A stretch of 63,918 nt of DNA, filler included, from Phoronis australis (lineage: Eukaryota; Animalia; Phoronida), in assembly GCA_002633005.1 (NCBI GenBank). It is 6 parts of 6 records of this genome, joined end to end, with 100 filler letters (N's around TTAATTAATTAA, not from the genome) between each part and the next. Parts side by side here need not be neighbours in the genome. Positions count along the whole stretch, not along the records: positions 1 to 13,720 come from NMRA01001576.1; 5 more parts are not named here. The stretch is one strand, 5' to 3'. The translations under genes and the position numbers were made by a program. Every line of letters starts with the position of its first letter. Position 1 is the stretch's first letter. The notes beneath the pieces are model-generated. The model had not been told where the DNA came from and searched no databases. It saw only the letters and a program-made list of their open reading frames with translations. Positions 1 through 11,960 of this stretch are shown piece by piece.

Positions 1-371
1 AGTGCCACTGAGATTTCTACCAAATGGTCCTTGGTCAAACAAATTCCACACTCTTCTTTCAGCCCCAGTTGCAAACAGACCAGATGTTTGGCGGCAGTAG
101 TGCTTTTGTTGCCGACAATATTAGCTACATATAAGCCCTTCAAAATAACTTTACAACAAACGAAGTTTAGTTAATGTTTAAGTATGCCAGGTTTATACAT
201 TAACCCACACTTAGATGCAGGCCAATCTAGCCTCGTTTTGCCAGTCTCTCTGCAATCGTTGGCGGAACATTACAACAGTTCAAATTCTTGATTCGAATTG
301 TAGATTTTACATACTCGTACATAAAAGTTTCCAATTTAACCATCAGAAAGTATAAACTACATTTATAATAC

Positions 372-557
372 CTGAAGCAACTCCAGGGGTACACTGATGA
401 CCGACTTCCCTTGTGTATGGATGTCTACAAGAAACCGTACTGTGCCCCAGATGCGTAGTAATACAAACACAACCGGGACAAAGGTTAACTTCTTGTTGGC
501 TTGCGAAATGACCATCAATGTATCTTGAGAGACGTAATGAAGGTTTTCGTTTCTCAT
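372..557 (-). CDS. GPR157: Internal coding exon of a GPR157-like (cAMP-receptor-like family) GPCR, TM6 to start of TM7
   Basis: Minus strand: polypyrimidine tract + CAG acceptor (558-560), 186-nt open exon MRNENLHYVSQDTLMVISQANKKLTFVPVVFVLLRIWGTVRFLVD...LELLQ, then GT donor (371-370). KKLxxxPxxFxxLRxWxTVRF resembles GPR157 TM6. Other exons were not found in the window. Confidence 0.7.
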
Positions 558-835
558 CTGACAGAAAAAGAGAAACAGAAGTCAAAGAATACAGCACGTA
601 GAAAGCAGCAAATGAATATGTATCAGTACCACCCTGTGTTGTGTCAGGTTATAGTAATATTCAAAGGGATACTAGACAGAATATTAATTCTGCCACCCAG
701 AAATTCAATACAAGATTAGTACAAGCATAGTCCAACTTATTCAAATAATAAGAGCTTTAATAATTCGACAGCAAGTGAGACGTCCATGTACGGAAAATTT
801 TGCACATGTCAAGGTCATCTGAACGTAGATCTTAT

Positions 836-1958
836 CACAGGCGCTTGGGTTTATCGAAAATGACGTCACTGAATAATATATATATATAAGAAAACATAAA
901 GGTTGGACACTCGAAATCTGTTTGCTCAGAATTTTCTACTCAATTGTGCATGGAACTCCACGACACTAGCGTCGAATAACTCTTAGAATACCTTCTTTCA
1001 TTTGATTTCTTCAAATTGCCTTCGAGTGGTGATTTGGCGACAAAAATGCCAAAAGAATGCCAAAATCACAAATTCAAGGACCTACTTCCGTGATGTCATG
1101 GCAGACGGTCTTCGCACATCCGGGTTTTGACGGACGCTCCCGAGCTAAATCCGAAAGTCTAATTTCGCCCGGCTTTCGCCGTCAATCCATCGACTACTTG
1201 ATCATGAGAAGCAGAGAGCACTTTATTGCCAAATAAATGTAATTACTCACATATTTGTGTCATATATAAATTATCCTGATACTGTATTGATATGCGACGT
1301 TTTTTGTGTACTGTGATTTCTTATGAAGGTTTTACTTTTGGCCAAAAGCATTGAGTTAACTCGTCGGCCACGCGCATTGTAATACTTGCACGGGCTGCGT
1401 TTCCTGGCCGTGTATGTGTTGTGCTTCAATCAAAAAAGTGCGTGATGTCCAGATGAGAAACAAGATACGCCAGTTTATGCAATAAAATTCTAAGTTGAGG
1501 GCTAAAATGAGCCGTCTGTGGAATAAAGTTACAAATAATCATTAAAATACTAACTTTAACATTCTCAATTAGTCGAGTTTTGGATTAGATTAATTGAATT
1601 TGAAATATAGGTTGCTTGCTCAAACTCGAAGTTTCACCTACGTCAGGCGTACAAGTTGAAGCACAACTGAAATCCGCCATGTTTACTATTTCAGGTCCTT
1701 GAATTCAGAGTTTTGAGATTGTTTTGGAAATTCCATTGCCAATTCACCACTCACGAAGACAGTTAATGGGATCTAGGAAAGATAAGGCTTCGAAGATTTA
1801 TGCAACACCAGACTGAGGGAGGTGCACGCAGATTTTATTTGGATTTTGGACGGTTGAAGTTGGGAGCCTCGGCTTGGCAAAGTTTAAGTGTCCAACCTTT
1901 ATGTTTTCTTATATATATTATTGAGTGACGTCATTTGCGATAAACCCAAGCGCCTGTG
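836..1958. mobile_element. Non-autonomous DNA transposon (MITE) with ~75-bp TIRs and 8-bp TSD; P-element-like (hAT not excluded)
   Basis: TIR CACAGGCGCTTGGGTTTATCG...AAAGGTTGGACACT (836-911) is inverted at ~1887-1958. Flanks GATCTTAT (828-835) and GATCCTAT (1959-1966) differ by one base. The 5'-CANRG start and 8-bp TSD fit the P superfamily. Confidence 0.8.
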
Positions 1959-2080
1959 GATCCTATGTGAATGTGGCGAATCCTCCATTGGCAAACGTCA
2001 AGGCCACTTGAAACCAGGATTTGTGAATACAAGTTAATGCTGCAGAGAAGACAATGAATCAAAGGGGATCGCAGAGCTCA

Positions 2081-4144
2081 TGTGGACAAAGCACTAGAAC
2101 AAACTAACAATACATCTTTAAAAACTCTTCTTGATAATGTTTGTGTCTCCAAGCTGAATGAGACAGAAAAAGAAAAATTAGAAGGTCTTCTTACATATGA
2201 AGAAGTCACACAATGTTTGAAAAAAATGAAAAACAACATAAGCCCAGGCTCTGATGGTTTTTCAGTGGAATTTTTGAAATTTTTTTGGGCTGACATTGGA
2301 CATTTCGATGTTCGCTCACTTAATACAGGTTTTGCTGTTGGCCAGTTATCCTCAACACAGAAAGAGGGAGTGATCACCTGCATCCCTAAGGGAGCAGATA
2401 AAAGTAAACATTATTTGAAAAACTGGAGACCCATATCCTTGCTCAATGTGACATATAAATTGGCTTCTTCGGCCTGCAGCTGAACGGTTAAAATCCGTTT
2501 TGGAAAAGTAATCAGTAAGGACCAGACAGGTTTCGTTTCTGGAAGAAATATGAACGAAAATATCCGAGTGCTATATGATTTAATGTTTTATGCCCAGGCA
2601 GCTAACAAACCTGGATTGCTTTTACTGATTGATTTTGAGAAAGCATTTGATTCATTGTCGTGGAATTTTATTCAAAAAACTTTATCGTTCCTTAATTTTG
2701 GTTGGTCGATCAGAAGGTGGNNNNNNNNNNNNNNNNNNNNNNNNNNNNNNNNNNNNNNNNNNNNNNNNNNNNNNNNNNNNNNNNNNNNNNNNNNNNNNNN
2801 NNNNNNNNNNNNNNNNNNNNNNNNNNNNNNNNNNNNNNNNNNNNNNNNNNNNNNNNNNNNNNNNNNNNNNNNNNNNNNNNNNNNNNNNNNNNNNNNNNNN
2901 NNNNNNNNNNNNNNNNNNNNNNNNNNNNNNNNNNNNNNNNNNNNNNNNNNNNNNNNNNNNNNNNNNNNNNNNNNNNNNNNNNNNNNNNNNNNNNNNNNNN
3001 NNNNNNNNNNNNNNNNNNNNNNNNNNNNNNNNNNNNNNNNNNNNNNNNNNNNNNNNNNNNNNNNNNNNNNNNNNNNNNNNNNNNNNNNNNNNNNNNNNNN
3101 NNNNNNNNNNNNNNNNNNNNNNNNNNNNNNNNNNNNNNNNNNNNNNNNNNNNNNNNNNNNNNNNNNNNNNNNNNNNNNNNNNNNNNNNNNNNNNNNNNNN
3201 NNNNNNNNNNNNNNNNNNNNNNNNNNNNNNNNNNNNNNNNNNNNNNNNNNNNNNNNNNNNNNNNNNNNNNNNNNNNNNNNNNNNNNNNNNNNNNNNNNNN
3301 NNNNNNNNNNNNNNNNNNNNNNNNNNNNNNNNNNNNNNNNNNNNNNNNNNNNNNNNNNNNNNNNNNNNNNNNNNNNNNNNNNNNNNNNNNNNNNNNNNNN
3401 NNNNNNNNNNNNNNNNNNNNNNNNNNNNNNNNNNNNNNNNNNNNNNNNNNNNNNNNNNNNNNNNNNTTTTTTTTTTGCCTTTTTTTCTTGGATAATACTT
3501 CAGGAATCAAGGAAAATGCTTGATTTTTAGAGGTAAAAACAGAAAAATTTCCCGACCTCCCCCCATTCGGTGCTATGCGCATCTACAATCGTGGTTCAGT
3601 TTGCGCAAATGCTTCCAGCCGGACAAAATGTTGGGCCCCCCCCCTTGTGATATCCTAGATCCGCCACTGCTTTGTACAAGATTTCTGGAAGGAATTCGGA
3701 AAGCTACTTCAAAAGTGTGGCATTCAGCTTCCCAACTGTCTGTCTTACGATATTGTTATTCTTGGACTTTAAAAGACGCATGATTTTCTATTTAACATTT
3801 TGCTTCTACTAGCTAAACAGTACATTTACAAAGAGAGATGTCACAAAAATATACCTAATTCTCTCAAGTTCGTTACAAAAACTTATGAATACTATAATGC
3901 TGAAAAATTAAATGCACATAAAAACTTTGTACATGACAGCTTCTCTGCAAAATGGGAAAAATTTATTGTTCATTTTAACTTCATGTAGAAGATATTTACT
4001 TGAAACGAGATATGAGAATGGTCTTCCTGAGGTGTGCATGCGTGAATGAATGGTGTACTTACATGTATTTGTTTGTTTGATTTGTAATTGTTTGTAAATG
4101 ATAATAAATACATAAAATAAAAAAATAAAAAAAAAATAAAAAAA
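2081..4144 (+). mobile_element. 5'-truncated Tx1/L1-clade LINE (RT region, C-terminus and A-rich tail), with an assembly gap and a nested MITE
   Basis: SPGSDGFSVEF, NWRPISLLNVTYK and IDFEKAFDSLSW (RT motifs, 2082-2720); C-terminal LLLAKQYIY...KWEKF (3800-3988); A-rich tail ~4113-4144; premature stop at 2481-2483; N gap 2721-3466. Confidence 0.9.
3467..3669 (+). mobile_element. Right end of a CAGTGGCGGATCTAG-terminus MITE (same family as 55306-56314) nested in the LINE
   Basis: Closely matches ~56090-56314 and ends ...CTAGATCCGCCACTG; the left part lies in the N gap. Confidence 0.8.
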
Positions 4145-4377
4145 CATTCAGAGGAATAATATGCTGATATTTGACAGTCACAGAGGCTGGACCGAAAGAA
4201 GTATCAAAGAAGTCCATGCACATGGAGCTACAAGTAATGTCTTCAGTCAGCCCAGCAATCATCTAAGTGACACCTGGGCCTACCACTCCAAGGGAAGATA
4301 TAAGTATAACAAATTCCCCCCAAAGTTAATGGTTGACTCGGTGGCGAAGCGAATAGAGTGCTGCACTGACAATTTAA

Positions 4378-5332
4378 ATGAGAAGGCAACCATTTCCCGT
4401 GTCATTTTTAGTAAAAATACGGTTCGTTGATTACCCCAGACTTTTGTTTCGGTTAATAACGGCTTGCCGTAATTTTGTTATTTAGTCGCACCTCACTACG
4501 GAAGTGACGTTTAGGGGGTTAAGAATTTCCCGTACCCCCAGAACGTGTAATTACGGGAACTAACATTGATACTCCCTGTGCTGGTGTTGTCTCCAGCCCA
4601 GAGCTTGTAAGCAGCCAGAAGTTGAGTAGTGGGAGTCAATACAGGCCAAGTTCGACCCCCAGTGGGGAAGACAGTTCGTTGTTCAGTAGTCAGGCCGGTG
4701 AGTCAAACTGTGATAAGTTTATTGTGGACTTAACTAAAGTATTGGAGCTATTTAGAAGGTACCAAGGATGTGACCTGGGAGTCACACGGCTGGATGAAAG
4801 CGGTTTGGGTACTCTGGTCATCATCCAGTGGGAACAGCATAGGCATTCCATTGAGGTCGGCATAACAGTGCACACCTCGCATTTGCACCAAGACATCCCA
4901 CCACGTCTGTCCTCAGTCTCTGCCTAATCCCTCTCAACAGCTGTCTGTATTCTGCCTCACTATACTCTGGCCCAAACATATATCCACCCACTGCTATTAC
5001 AAACTAAAAGATTCCTAAATCCAACGTACTTAACTGAGTTCTCTAACAACCTACATGTAGCTTGTCGTAGAATACTCGTTGATGGGAAGAGGTGACGACA
5101 ATTTTAGGAAACCAGCACAAAAGCAACACTAGATCAGATCCTCAAAGTAACTCGAACGCACTCAGTAAAAAGGAAATGGCCGGAAATTCTTTAACCACCT
5201 AAACGTCACTTCCGAAGTAGTGCACGAATAATTTATAAAAATACGAAGAGTCGTAATTACCTGAAGCATATGTCTGGGATAATCAACGAACCGCATTTTA
5301 TGAAAAATGACACGAAAAGCTTGCCTTCCTCT
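4378..5332 (+). mobile_element. Non-autonomous Kolobok element, copy 1, with remnants of the transposase (+) and KolX (-)
   Basis: ~150-bp imperfect TIRs (GAGAAGGCAACC... / ...GCTTGCCTTCCTCT); left TTAA at 4374-4377, right TSD degraded. Transposase-like KFIVDLTKVLELFRRYQGC on +; P2X7-ballast-like WCKCEVCTVMPTSMECLCC on -. Inverted homolog of 31512-33008. Confidence 0.8.
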
Positions 5333-5520
5333 ATAGAAAGTCCCTTGTTCAATTCGCAGCACCAGATTAAATTCGTTACCTATGTCATCCTAAAAGTGGA
5401 TAGATCATCGTATGAGTATTTGTCAATCACAGTCTAGGTCACAGGTCAGTTCCTTCGTTTGCTTTTCACAAACAAGTGGACGAAGGAGGTAGACAACCTA
5501 ATTTGAATCGAAACGGTATG

Positions 5521-5727
5521 AATAGGCGGATTTAGGAGGCCCGAACTGTCCGGGCGTCCCCTGTTCGAAAGATAAAAATGGCACCGACTTGTCGTTTTCA
5601 CTGAGGGCTCTCACGAGAGCTTGTACTTCAATAATTGACGTCAACCCAATTGCAAGGCTATCATGAGGGTTTGCCCTTGGAAAATTTAGGTCAGTGGCTC
5701 CATATTGACATCCAGGATCCGCTTCTG
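5521..5727. mobile_element. Short MITE of the CA(G/T)NGGCGGAT(C/T)(C/T)AG terminus family (hAT-like)
   Basis: Starts AATAGGCGGATTTAGG, ends CCAGGATCCGCTTCTG; GGTAT occurs on both flanks. Confidence 0.6.
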
Positions 5728-6867
5728 GGTATATTTTCTGTTTCCTAATGAATGTGATACCTTCAAAGACAGCATCAATTAAAAACACAAGAAACAATAA
5801 TATAGTATTAAAAACGGTACAACCATAACCTAGCTGCAATTATGATTCGTGACCTCTATGGGCAAAGAAGGGACTGAATTAAACTCTTCATTGGTTTAAT
5901 TTGAAAATGGATTTGCGAACACATATTGCCTTCCAGGCGTTTGGTTGTGTACCATTAAGGAAACGTGTACCTCTGCCTCAATAAATTCCGTTGTTTTCCA
6001 AGATTAGGTAATATTTGTACATGTATTAATTTGGCTATGGCATATTAAATAATTTTCCCAAATCTGGGGTGCTGGGGAAAGGTGTTCCACCAATATGGGT
6101 ATTACTGTAGCAGGTCGTCAAAAAGCATCGTTCATCGAAAGGAAATGTGGCTCCTTATAGTCCGATGCCATCGTCGTTATCCAGAAAAAAGACTTTAATG
6201 TAGCAGATAACAAGGTAGGCGTATTATGTACACGTGGTTTACTTTCATTTATCCAAATATTTAATACATTTTCCATGAAACTACTGCAGCTTTGGGAATC
6301 CCCATAGGTTGTCGTTAACATGACGCTGTAAAGACAAATGATATATGATTTCCCATAATTCTTGGATGCAATCTTTCAGAGTTCTCGTAAAGTCGCGTTT
6401 TCAGATTGGCGCACGAATTTTGGATATGTCTGACGAATTAGCAGACCACAAAGTGGAGGCAGTTCATTTGGGGACGTTGGTTCGGCCCACTCTTGCGTTC
6501 GCATAAAGAGGTTTGTGTTACCAATTAATATGTAAAACGACGTGAGTGTCACCGCTTGGTGTTTCCGCTACAACCGTCTCAACAGAAGTAAGAAGAAGTT
6601 GAATTCCTGTGGATTTTTCCTCAAACAGCGTCACATGGTATAAATGTGTCAAGATCTCGATTGTCCCAGATTTCTACATGGAATACGCTATATTGTTCGG
6701 ATTGGGAAATACTTGGTGGTACAGGTACATCACTGGCGATATTAAATAGATCTGGTATACTGGGTGCAGTTTCAACTTGACGATCTGTGAAAACAGGAGT
6801 AATAATGAGACAATTCTGACCTGATACGTTGCAAGTTGAACTTTGTTCTTTCCAAATTTTGTACAAT

Positions 6868-9800
6868 GGGGCTATTCGGAAAATCTACAATAACTAGAGG
6901 GCGTGCGTGTACTAGTGGTGATAGATTAACAGCCTCGATTTCGCGAGCCCTTTAAATACACGGTGAAATGGCTTGCAGCCGTGCCAACTGAATCTGAGAT
7001 TGCGTAAAAAGGGTGCTTCTATGAGAGGAAGTAAGCACGACCTCATACAAAGGTAAGGTTTTTGATTATTTTAACAATTATTCCATGATTATTCTACCGA
7101 TGCCTGTTAACTGAGGCACTCGCCGATGTCGACTTCGCAGCAGTCAGTCGCCAGCCAGAGTCTAAATAATCTTTATATGTTGTGATATGTGATACGATAC
7201 TTGACGTAGCAATCGGGATCTTTTCGTACATCAAAGCATTATTATTGTTTGGAATGATTTCTAAAATTTTATCAGTGACAGTTACATCAATCAATGCTGA
7301 ATGTTTATGCTGTCAACTCGATACAGGTTAATGAGTTAAGATTACAATCCAATCCCAATGGCAAAGGGTACGTGAGTGATAAATATCCATTGCATTAGAC
7401 TATTTGTTTACTCCCTATCATATGTCTTCTGGAAATCTATTACACGTTGAAATGGAAATCTATCACGTCAGTTTTCACGGTTTTTAGGTTTGAAGGCTTG
7501 TACCTTGCAGAGGAGATATGCATCGCTTCTGCACCGTTCCTGAATGGACAAAAATTGGTTTTTAGCATTTGACTGCAGCTAACCAACAAGATCTTCCCAT
7601 CCAGTGCAGATCTGTTGTCAAAGCCTACTTTCAATATTGGAGACAACGAACAAAGCCTTTGAAAAGGAACAGCTATTTTTAAAGTCATTTTGTTTAAATT
7701 ACTTATTCAGGTCCTGAGGGGGGATTGGCATGGGGGGTTGTAATATTTGGTACAACTGAATGTGTGGAAATAACAGGTAATACATGTTTGGGGAAAAGAG
7801 CATGGTGAGGTAATTCTTAACCTTCACGAAGTCCCTTCAAGTTGATTTCATGAAACTGTTTTGCTACTTGTATCAATTGTAAAACCACGAAAATAAATTA
7901 CATTTTCCGAATTCACAGTGACTGAATAGTCTTAACTCATGCCTTGAAATGTTGCAAGTCGTTATAAATTCAAATGACTGCCATTTTTGTGAAAATTGCA
8001 TTTTTGATGGTGCCTTATACGATTTGTAATTACTCTTAAACAACAGAAAGATTATCCATCATTTTTAAATGACCCAAGTCTTCATATCTATTAGAAGGAA
8101 AACTGTTCCCTCAACCTTAGGCTAGAAGTATGCTTGACAGACCCATGAACCTGTAATCTGAGTTTAAAATTGCTGAAAGTATCAAAATTAAAAAGGCTTG
8201 AAAATGGGTAACAAAGGCTTGAAGTTGTCTCAAAAAACTTGTATATTTTACAGACAAGTGATGCGTTTAAAGAATTGTTATGGCTAGGGATAAAAAATAG
8301 ACACAGTTTTATGCAATACTCACTATATACACCCTTGGTTTCTGAAAATAGTTATTATTTACTTTTATGTGAAACTGTAGACCAATCACCATATATTTTT
8401 GAAAAACATGGATAACATTTTTGATCCAATCTGGAGTACTTAATTATTCATATTTCAATATTTGTTCCAGGTTCAGTGACATTTTAAGGCCACTTCAAGC
8501 TGTATCATAGACAAGCTTTGTTACTCCGTTCTCTTCCCACAGCACTTCCACACACCATCAGTGCTGCATGGCACAATGTGCAAGTCAGTGGCCCTGGAGA
8601 AATGTGAATCGCAGTACTAAGTTACCATAAGACAATGTGCCAGTGGAGTGTCTGTGTATCCAGAGGAACTATATCTGACTGCTACACAAATAAGCCTTGT
8701 TGGTGAGGATGCCCTTTCATAGGCAATGAGTCATGTTTGGAAAATAGCTTTTTTCCTTTCCTGGAAGAAATATGAGGGACTGAAGCTAAAGAAGACCTAG
8801 TCACACTCTGGTCTAGTTCAGAGTCTTATTTTGGGCTCAAAATGATTCAAGTGATATGCTGCTGTGTTTACCTTCAAGAGTCTAGTTGTGGATGTTACTG
8901 AGGCTGAATGAGGTTACATGAAAGAAAGCCACGTGTTGAAACTGGACCTTTTTTACAAGCGCTTCTATAGGCCATTGAAACTAGAACCCTGTGAAATGAA
9001 AGCCAAAAGCTGAGTGACATTAAATTTTCCTTTCAGAAGAAAGGCTTTATACTATTGGTGAAAACTTTTCAATTTGGTACAGATTATGGGGAAATGACAT
9101 TCAGTGACTGCATCGATTGTCTTACTGCATGTTTTCAATTGTAGCTAGCTGGATAAGAATCTGCTATACACAAGATTCGAGAATGAACAATTATCAGTGT
9201 ATTTAAAAACAAATGGCAAACTGAAAAAGCAAAGAAAGAAACAACATTGCAAGGGAGTCCATAATCAGGCATATCAGGTGCTGAATTTCTGAATTACGTT
9301 CAATTCTCTCAGGTTATTGCTGAAGGGTNGAGGAAGTCCATAATCAGGCATATCAGGTGATGAATTTCTGAATTACGTTCAATTCTCTCAGGTTATTGCT
9401 GAAGGGTTGCTTTTCACTTTGTCCAACGGTGAAATAGATGGTCAGGCGGTTGGTTTCAGTTGTTTTTTTCTCGCCTGTAACAGAATAGAAATATTAGCAA
9501 ATTGGAAAAGAAAAGACAAGACAAAACTACTTTTCAGTGTAAGGCAGAACATACTTGACATTTCATCTTCATGTTTATGTGTAGAAACTAATAACCTTTG
9601 TACCCAAGTCTTATTTAATATCTGAATTAAAATATGTGAAACAGGCTAAAAGTGATTTAACAATGTTACGATATTTACTGAATTAAGGCTTATTCATGTT
9701 AATTCATAACAGAGCTGGTGGTCCTGGGGGTGGGGTCCACGATAAAATAAGGAAACTCACTCATCTAGAGAAGTTTGTTGGAAACAGTATAGTTTTGAAG

Positions 9801-10374
9801 AGAAACTGCTGTGAAAAAGTCACTCTTAACTTCTGTGCATCACGTACCATACACCTCTTATTTTGGGAGCACTCCCACCCAGAACGTGACAATATGAATA
9901 TGTGCTGCTAGCCTACCCGCCATCGGTGAGTTTCCAAAAAGAAACACTTAGTTCCACACAACAAACCTGTTATTCAGCGGGGTAACTGGTGGGGATAACA
10001 TCACCGAACGATGCTGATAGAAACTGATTGCTAAAAACTTACCAAGTAATGTTGTGTAGTCTCCGAATGCCGGGAACTGCATAGTCATAGAGCACACACG
10101 GGGCTTCAGCATCCACACACTTTTTGTCAGTTACTTGACCCTGTTGACCGCAATTGTCCACGAATATAGTAACCTTAGGTCTTTTGGGAATTTGTGTCCA
10201 CCTGTCGAAGACTTGTACCAGGGAAATTAGCAGTAACATGGCTTAGCGCGACGACGTATTTTGATAAAAATCCCATCTTTTACCAGTTGTTTACATGCAG
10301 ACAGCCACGCATGCGCAATTCAATCACCACTAGTACAGCAGCGACACCGCGAGGAGAATTCTCCGAATAGCCCC
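6868..10374. mobile_element. Decayed ISL2EU-like (PIF/Harbinger-related) DNA transposon with two convergent intron-containing genes
   Basis: TIR GGGGCTATTCGGA(A/G)AAT plus shared subterminal TGTACTAGTGGTGAT at both ends; AT duplicated on both sides (6866-6867, 10375-10376). + strand: SAP-domain exon QLNLRLRKKGASMRGSKHDLIQR|GTAAG (~6985-7052) and weak YqaJ-like remnants (~8770-9130). - strand: THAP remnant CYC*FPWYKSSTGGHKFPKDLRLLYSWTIAVNR...RVCS ending at a GTAAG donor (~10043-10260). Confidence 0.7.
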
Positions 10375-11118
10375 ATTGCCTTCATGATATGAAGGAGCAT
10401 AGCATGTCTATTCTGAGCACATTGATCCCAAGTTCTGGCATCATGCGGAGAAAACTGATCACGCCCATGCATTTGACGAGTCAAACAGATGACCGCTATT
10501 TTTATTTTAGTGAAGAAGTACCCCGGGGATACTGTGTACTCAGTCGAAACGCATGTACTACGGGGAGTGGGCTACAAATAATTGAACTGCACTAAGGATT
10601 CAGGACTTTTAATTCAAAACATTTGCTTGCAGTAAGGGATGGGTATGCCAGAAGGGCGGCCTATTGAAATTTTCTGTACGCCAGTGCGGGGCAAAAATTT
10701 ACGGAGTGACGCAATACTTCACAAGGCTATTTTTAGCGCGAATTAACTATATCCACCTCTGACAAGTTTCAAGGAGTACACAGCCACGTAAAGATGACTC
10801 TGGGCACACGGTCGCGTTTATTCGTATTTACTAACCGTGGTTGATGTACATGTTTGTCGTTGATGGGACTGGCTTTTAAGTCGTAAATTGAACATGTACG
10901 TAAGTGTAACACAAGACGAGCTGAAGGAAGACGTTTGTATGAACAACACGTGGAATTACAGAGTTAGTCGGAACCCAAGTGTGATAGATGACTGCTTGCA
11001 AAGATACTCTATAATATACTATAATATCTTTGCAACTTGACTAAACGATAGGCAATCAAGACGTTACATGTATTTTTACTGATTAGCCCGGTGCCCTACC
11101 ATGGTTACCACAGCTACN

Positions 11119-11196
11119 GCAGACAGCCACGCATGCGCAATTTAATCACCACTAGTACAGCAGCGACACCACGAGGAGAATTCTCCGAATAGCCCC
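11119..11196. mobile_element. Second copy of the ISL2EU-like right terminus, at a contig break and abutting a LINE fragment
   Basis: Differs from ~10297-10374 at about 2 positions, follows a single N (11118), ends GAATAGCCCC|AT, and has a different downstream flank. Confidence 0.6.
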
Positions 11197-11960
11197 ATTT
11201 CATCATCAATTTTACCATCATTTAGTTCTCCTGTTAAGTTGTTGATAATTTCAATCAAATTCTCTTCCTCAGCATGTTTTAATTTCTTTTTTCCTTTCGA
11301 GTATTTCGTAATATGTTTCCTTATTTTCATTTTAACCATTTCCCATTTTGCATTTTTATTACTTAGATAATGATACTCTTCAGTACAGGTATTTATAATT
11401 ATTTTTAAGTAAGTTACATATTCTTCATCTTCGAAAAGACTATTATTAATTTTCGATAATTCATGTCCTCTCGGTACAGAATCTTTAAAAGAACAATGAA
11501 GTTTGACTAACGAGTGATCCGAAAAATTATAATCACTTTTAATGGAATAATTCAAATGATCTTTACAGTTATTTGAAACCAACTAGTAGTCAATTCTGCT
11601 TCGTAATCTGTAGGAACTATTATGCCATGTATTCTGTTATTTGCCTGGATTCTAAAATCTCCAAACGTCGAACAGATGGAAAGACTCTGCAAAACCTATA
11701 AGCTTGTCAATGACTACTTGTTTATCTGTAATATCTCTTATTCCTTGTTGATCATTTTTCCTAATGGGCAATTAAAATCGCCAGTACAAAAATATTATCG
11801 TTTCTTACATATTTTTGAAAAGTATTATTTAACTTGTCCAAAAATATTAATTGAGATCTATTTTCATTTGGAAAGTAAACGTCTATGAAAATATAGTTGT
11901 GACCATCCACATCAACATTTTGATTTAAATATTTTGTGTGAACTAAAAATAATGTTCGAA
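11197..11960 (-). mobile_element. Decayed Tx1/L1 LINE fragment (APE endonuclease and linker of ORF2)
   Basis: SRIDY*LVS, FSDHSLVKL, RGHELSKINNSLF and KWEMVKMKIR motifs; homologous to the 43525-44307 region of the near-full-length L1. Confidence 0.8.

Larger units (their letters stand above)
630..6866 (-). pseudogene. Heavily decayed, apparently intronless FN3-repeat / transmembrane / protein-kinase (receptor kinase-like) gene, fragmented by TE insertions
   Basis: With TEs removed the minus strand reads in order: FN3-like (VHNQTPGRQYVF...NSVPSLPIEVT, ~5850-5960), hydrophobic TM + basic stop-transfer (NTILLFLVFLIDAVFEGITFIRKQK, ~5735-5810), kinase-like RIEQGTF (~5335-5360), KYQHIIPL|NELC (4145-4170|2070-2080), WFQVALTFANG (~1985-2018), H-R-DLRSD across the 836-1958 MITE, CKI..HG, LAVELL (~758-776), GLCLY. 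Many stops and frameshifts. Confidence 0.45.

Noticed and set aside
2550-3582. Long ORFs running through N gaps (also 21723-22906 and at the linkers)
   Set aside because: Artifacts of translating Ns.
6118-6321. SFFWITTMA as a GPR157 TM3 exon
   Set aside because: No suitable splice sites, and the frame is continuous with the FN3-like decayed sequence.
9253-9406. ~77-bp tandem duplication
   Set aside because: Centred on a single N (9329); typical unmerged contig overlap.
10039-10239. ORF with a DNCG motif suggesting a Sola-type transposase
   Set aside because: An alternative frame gives a better THAP match (HKFPKD...W...RVCS) consistent with the enclosing element.
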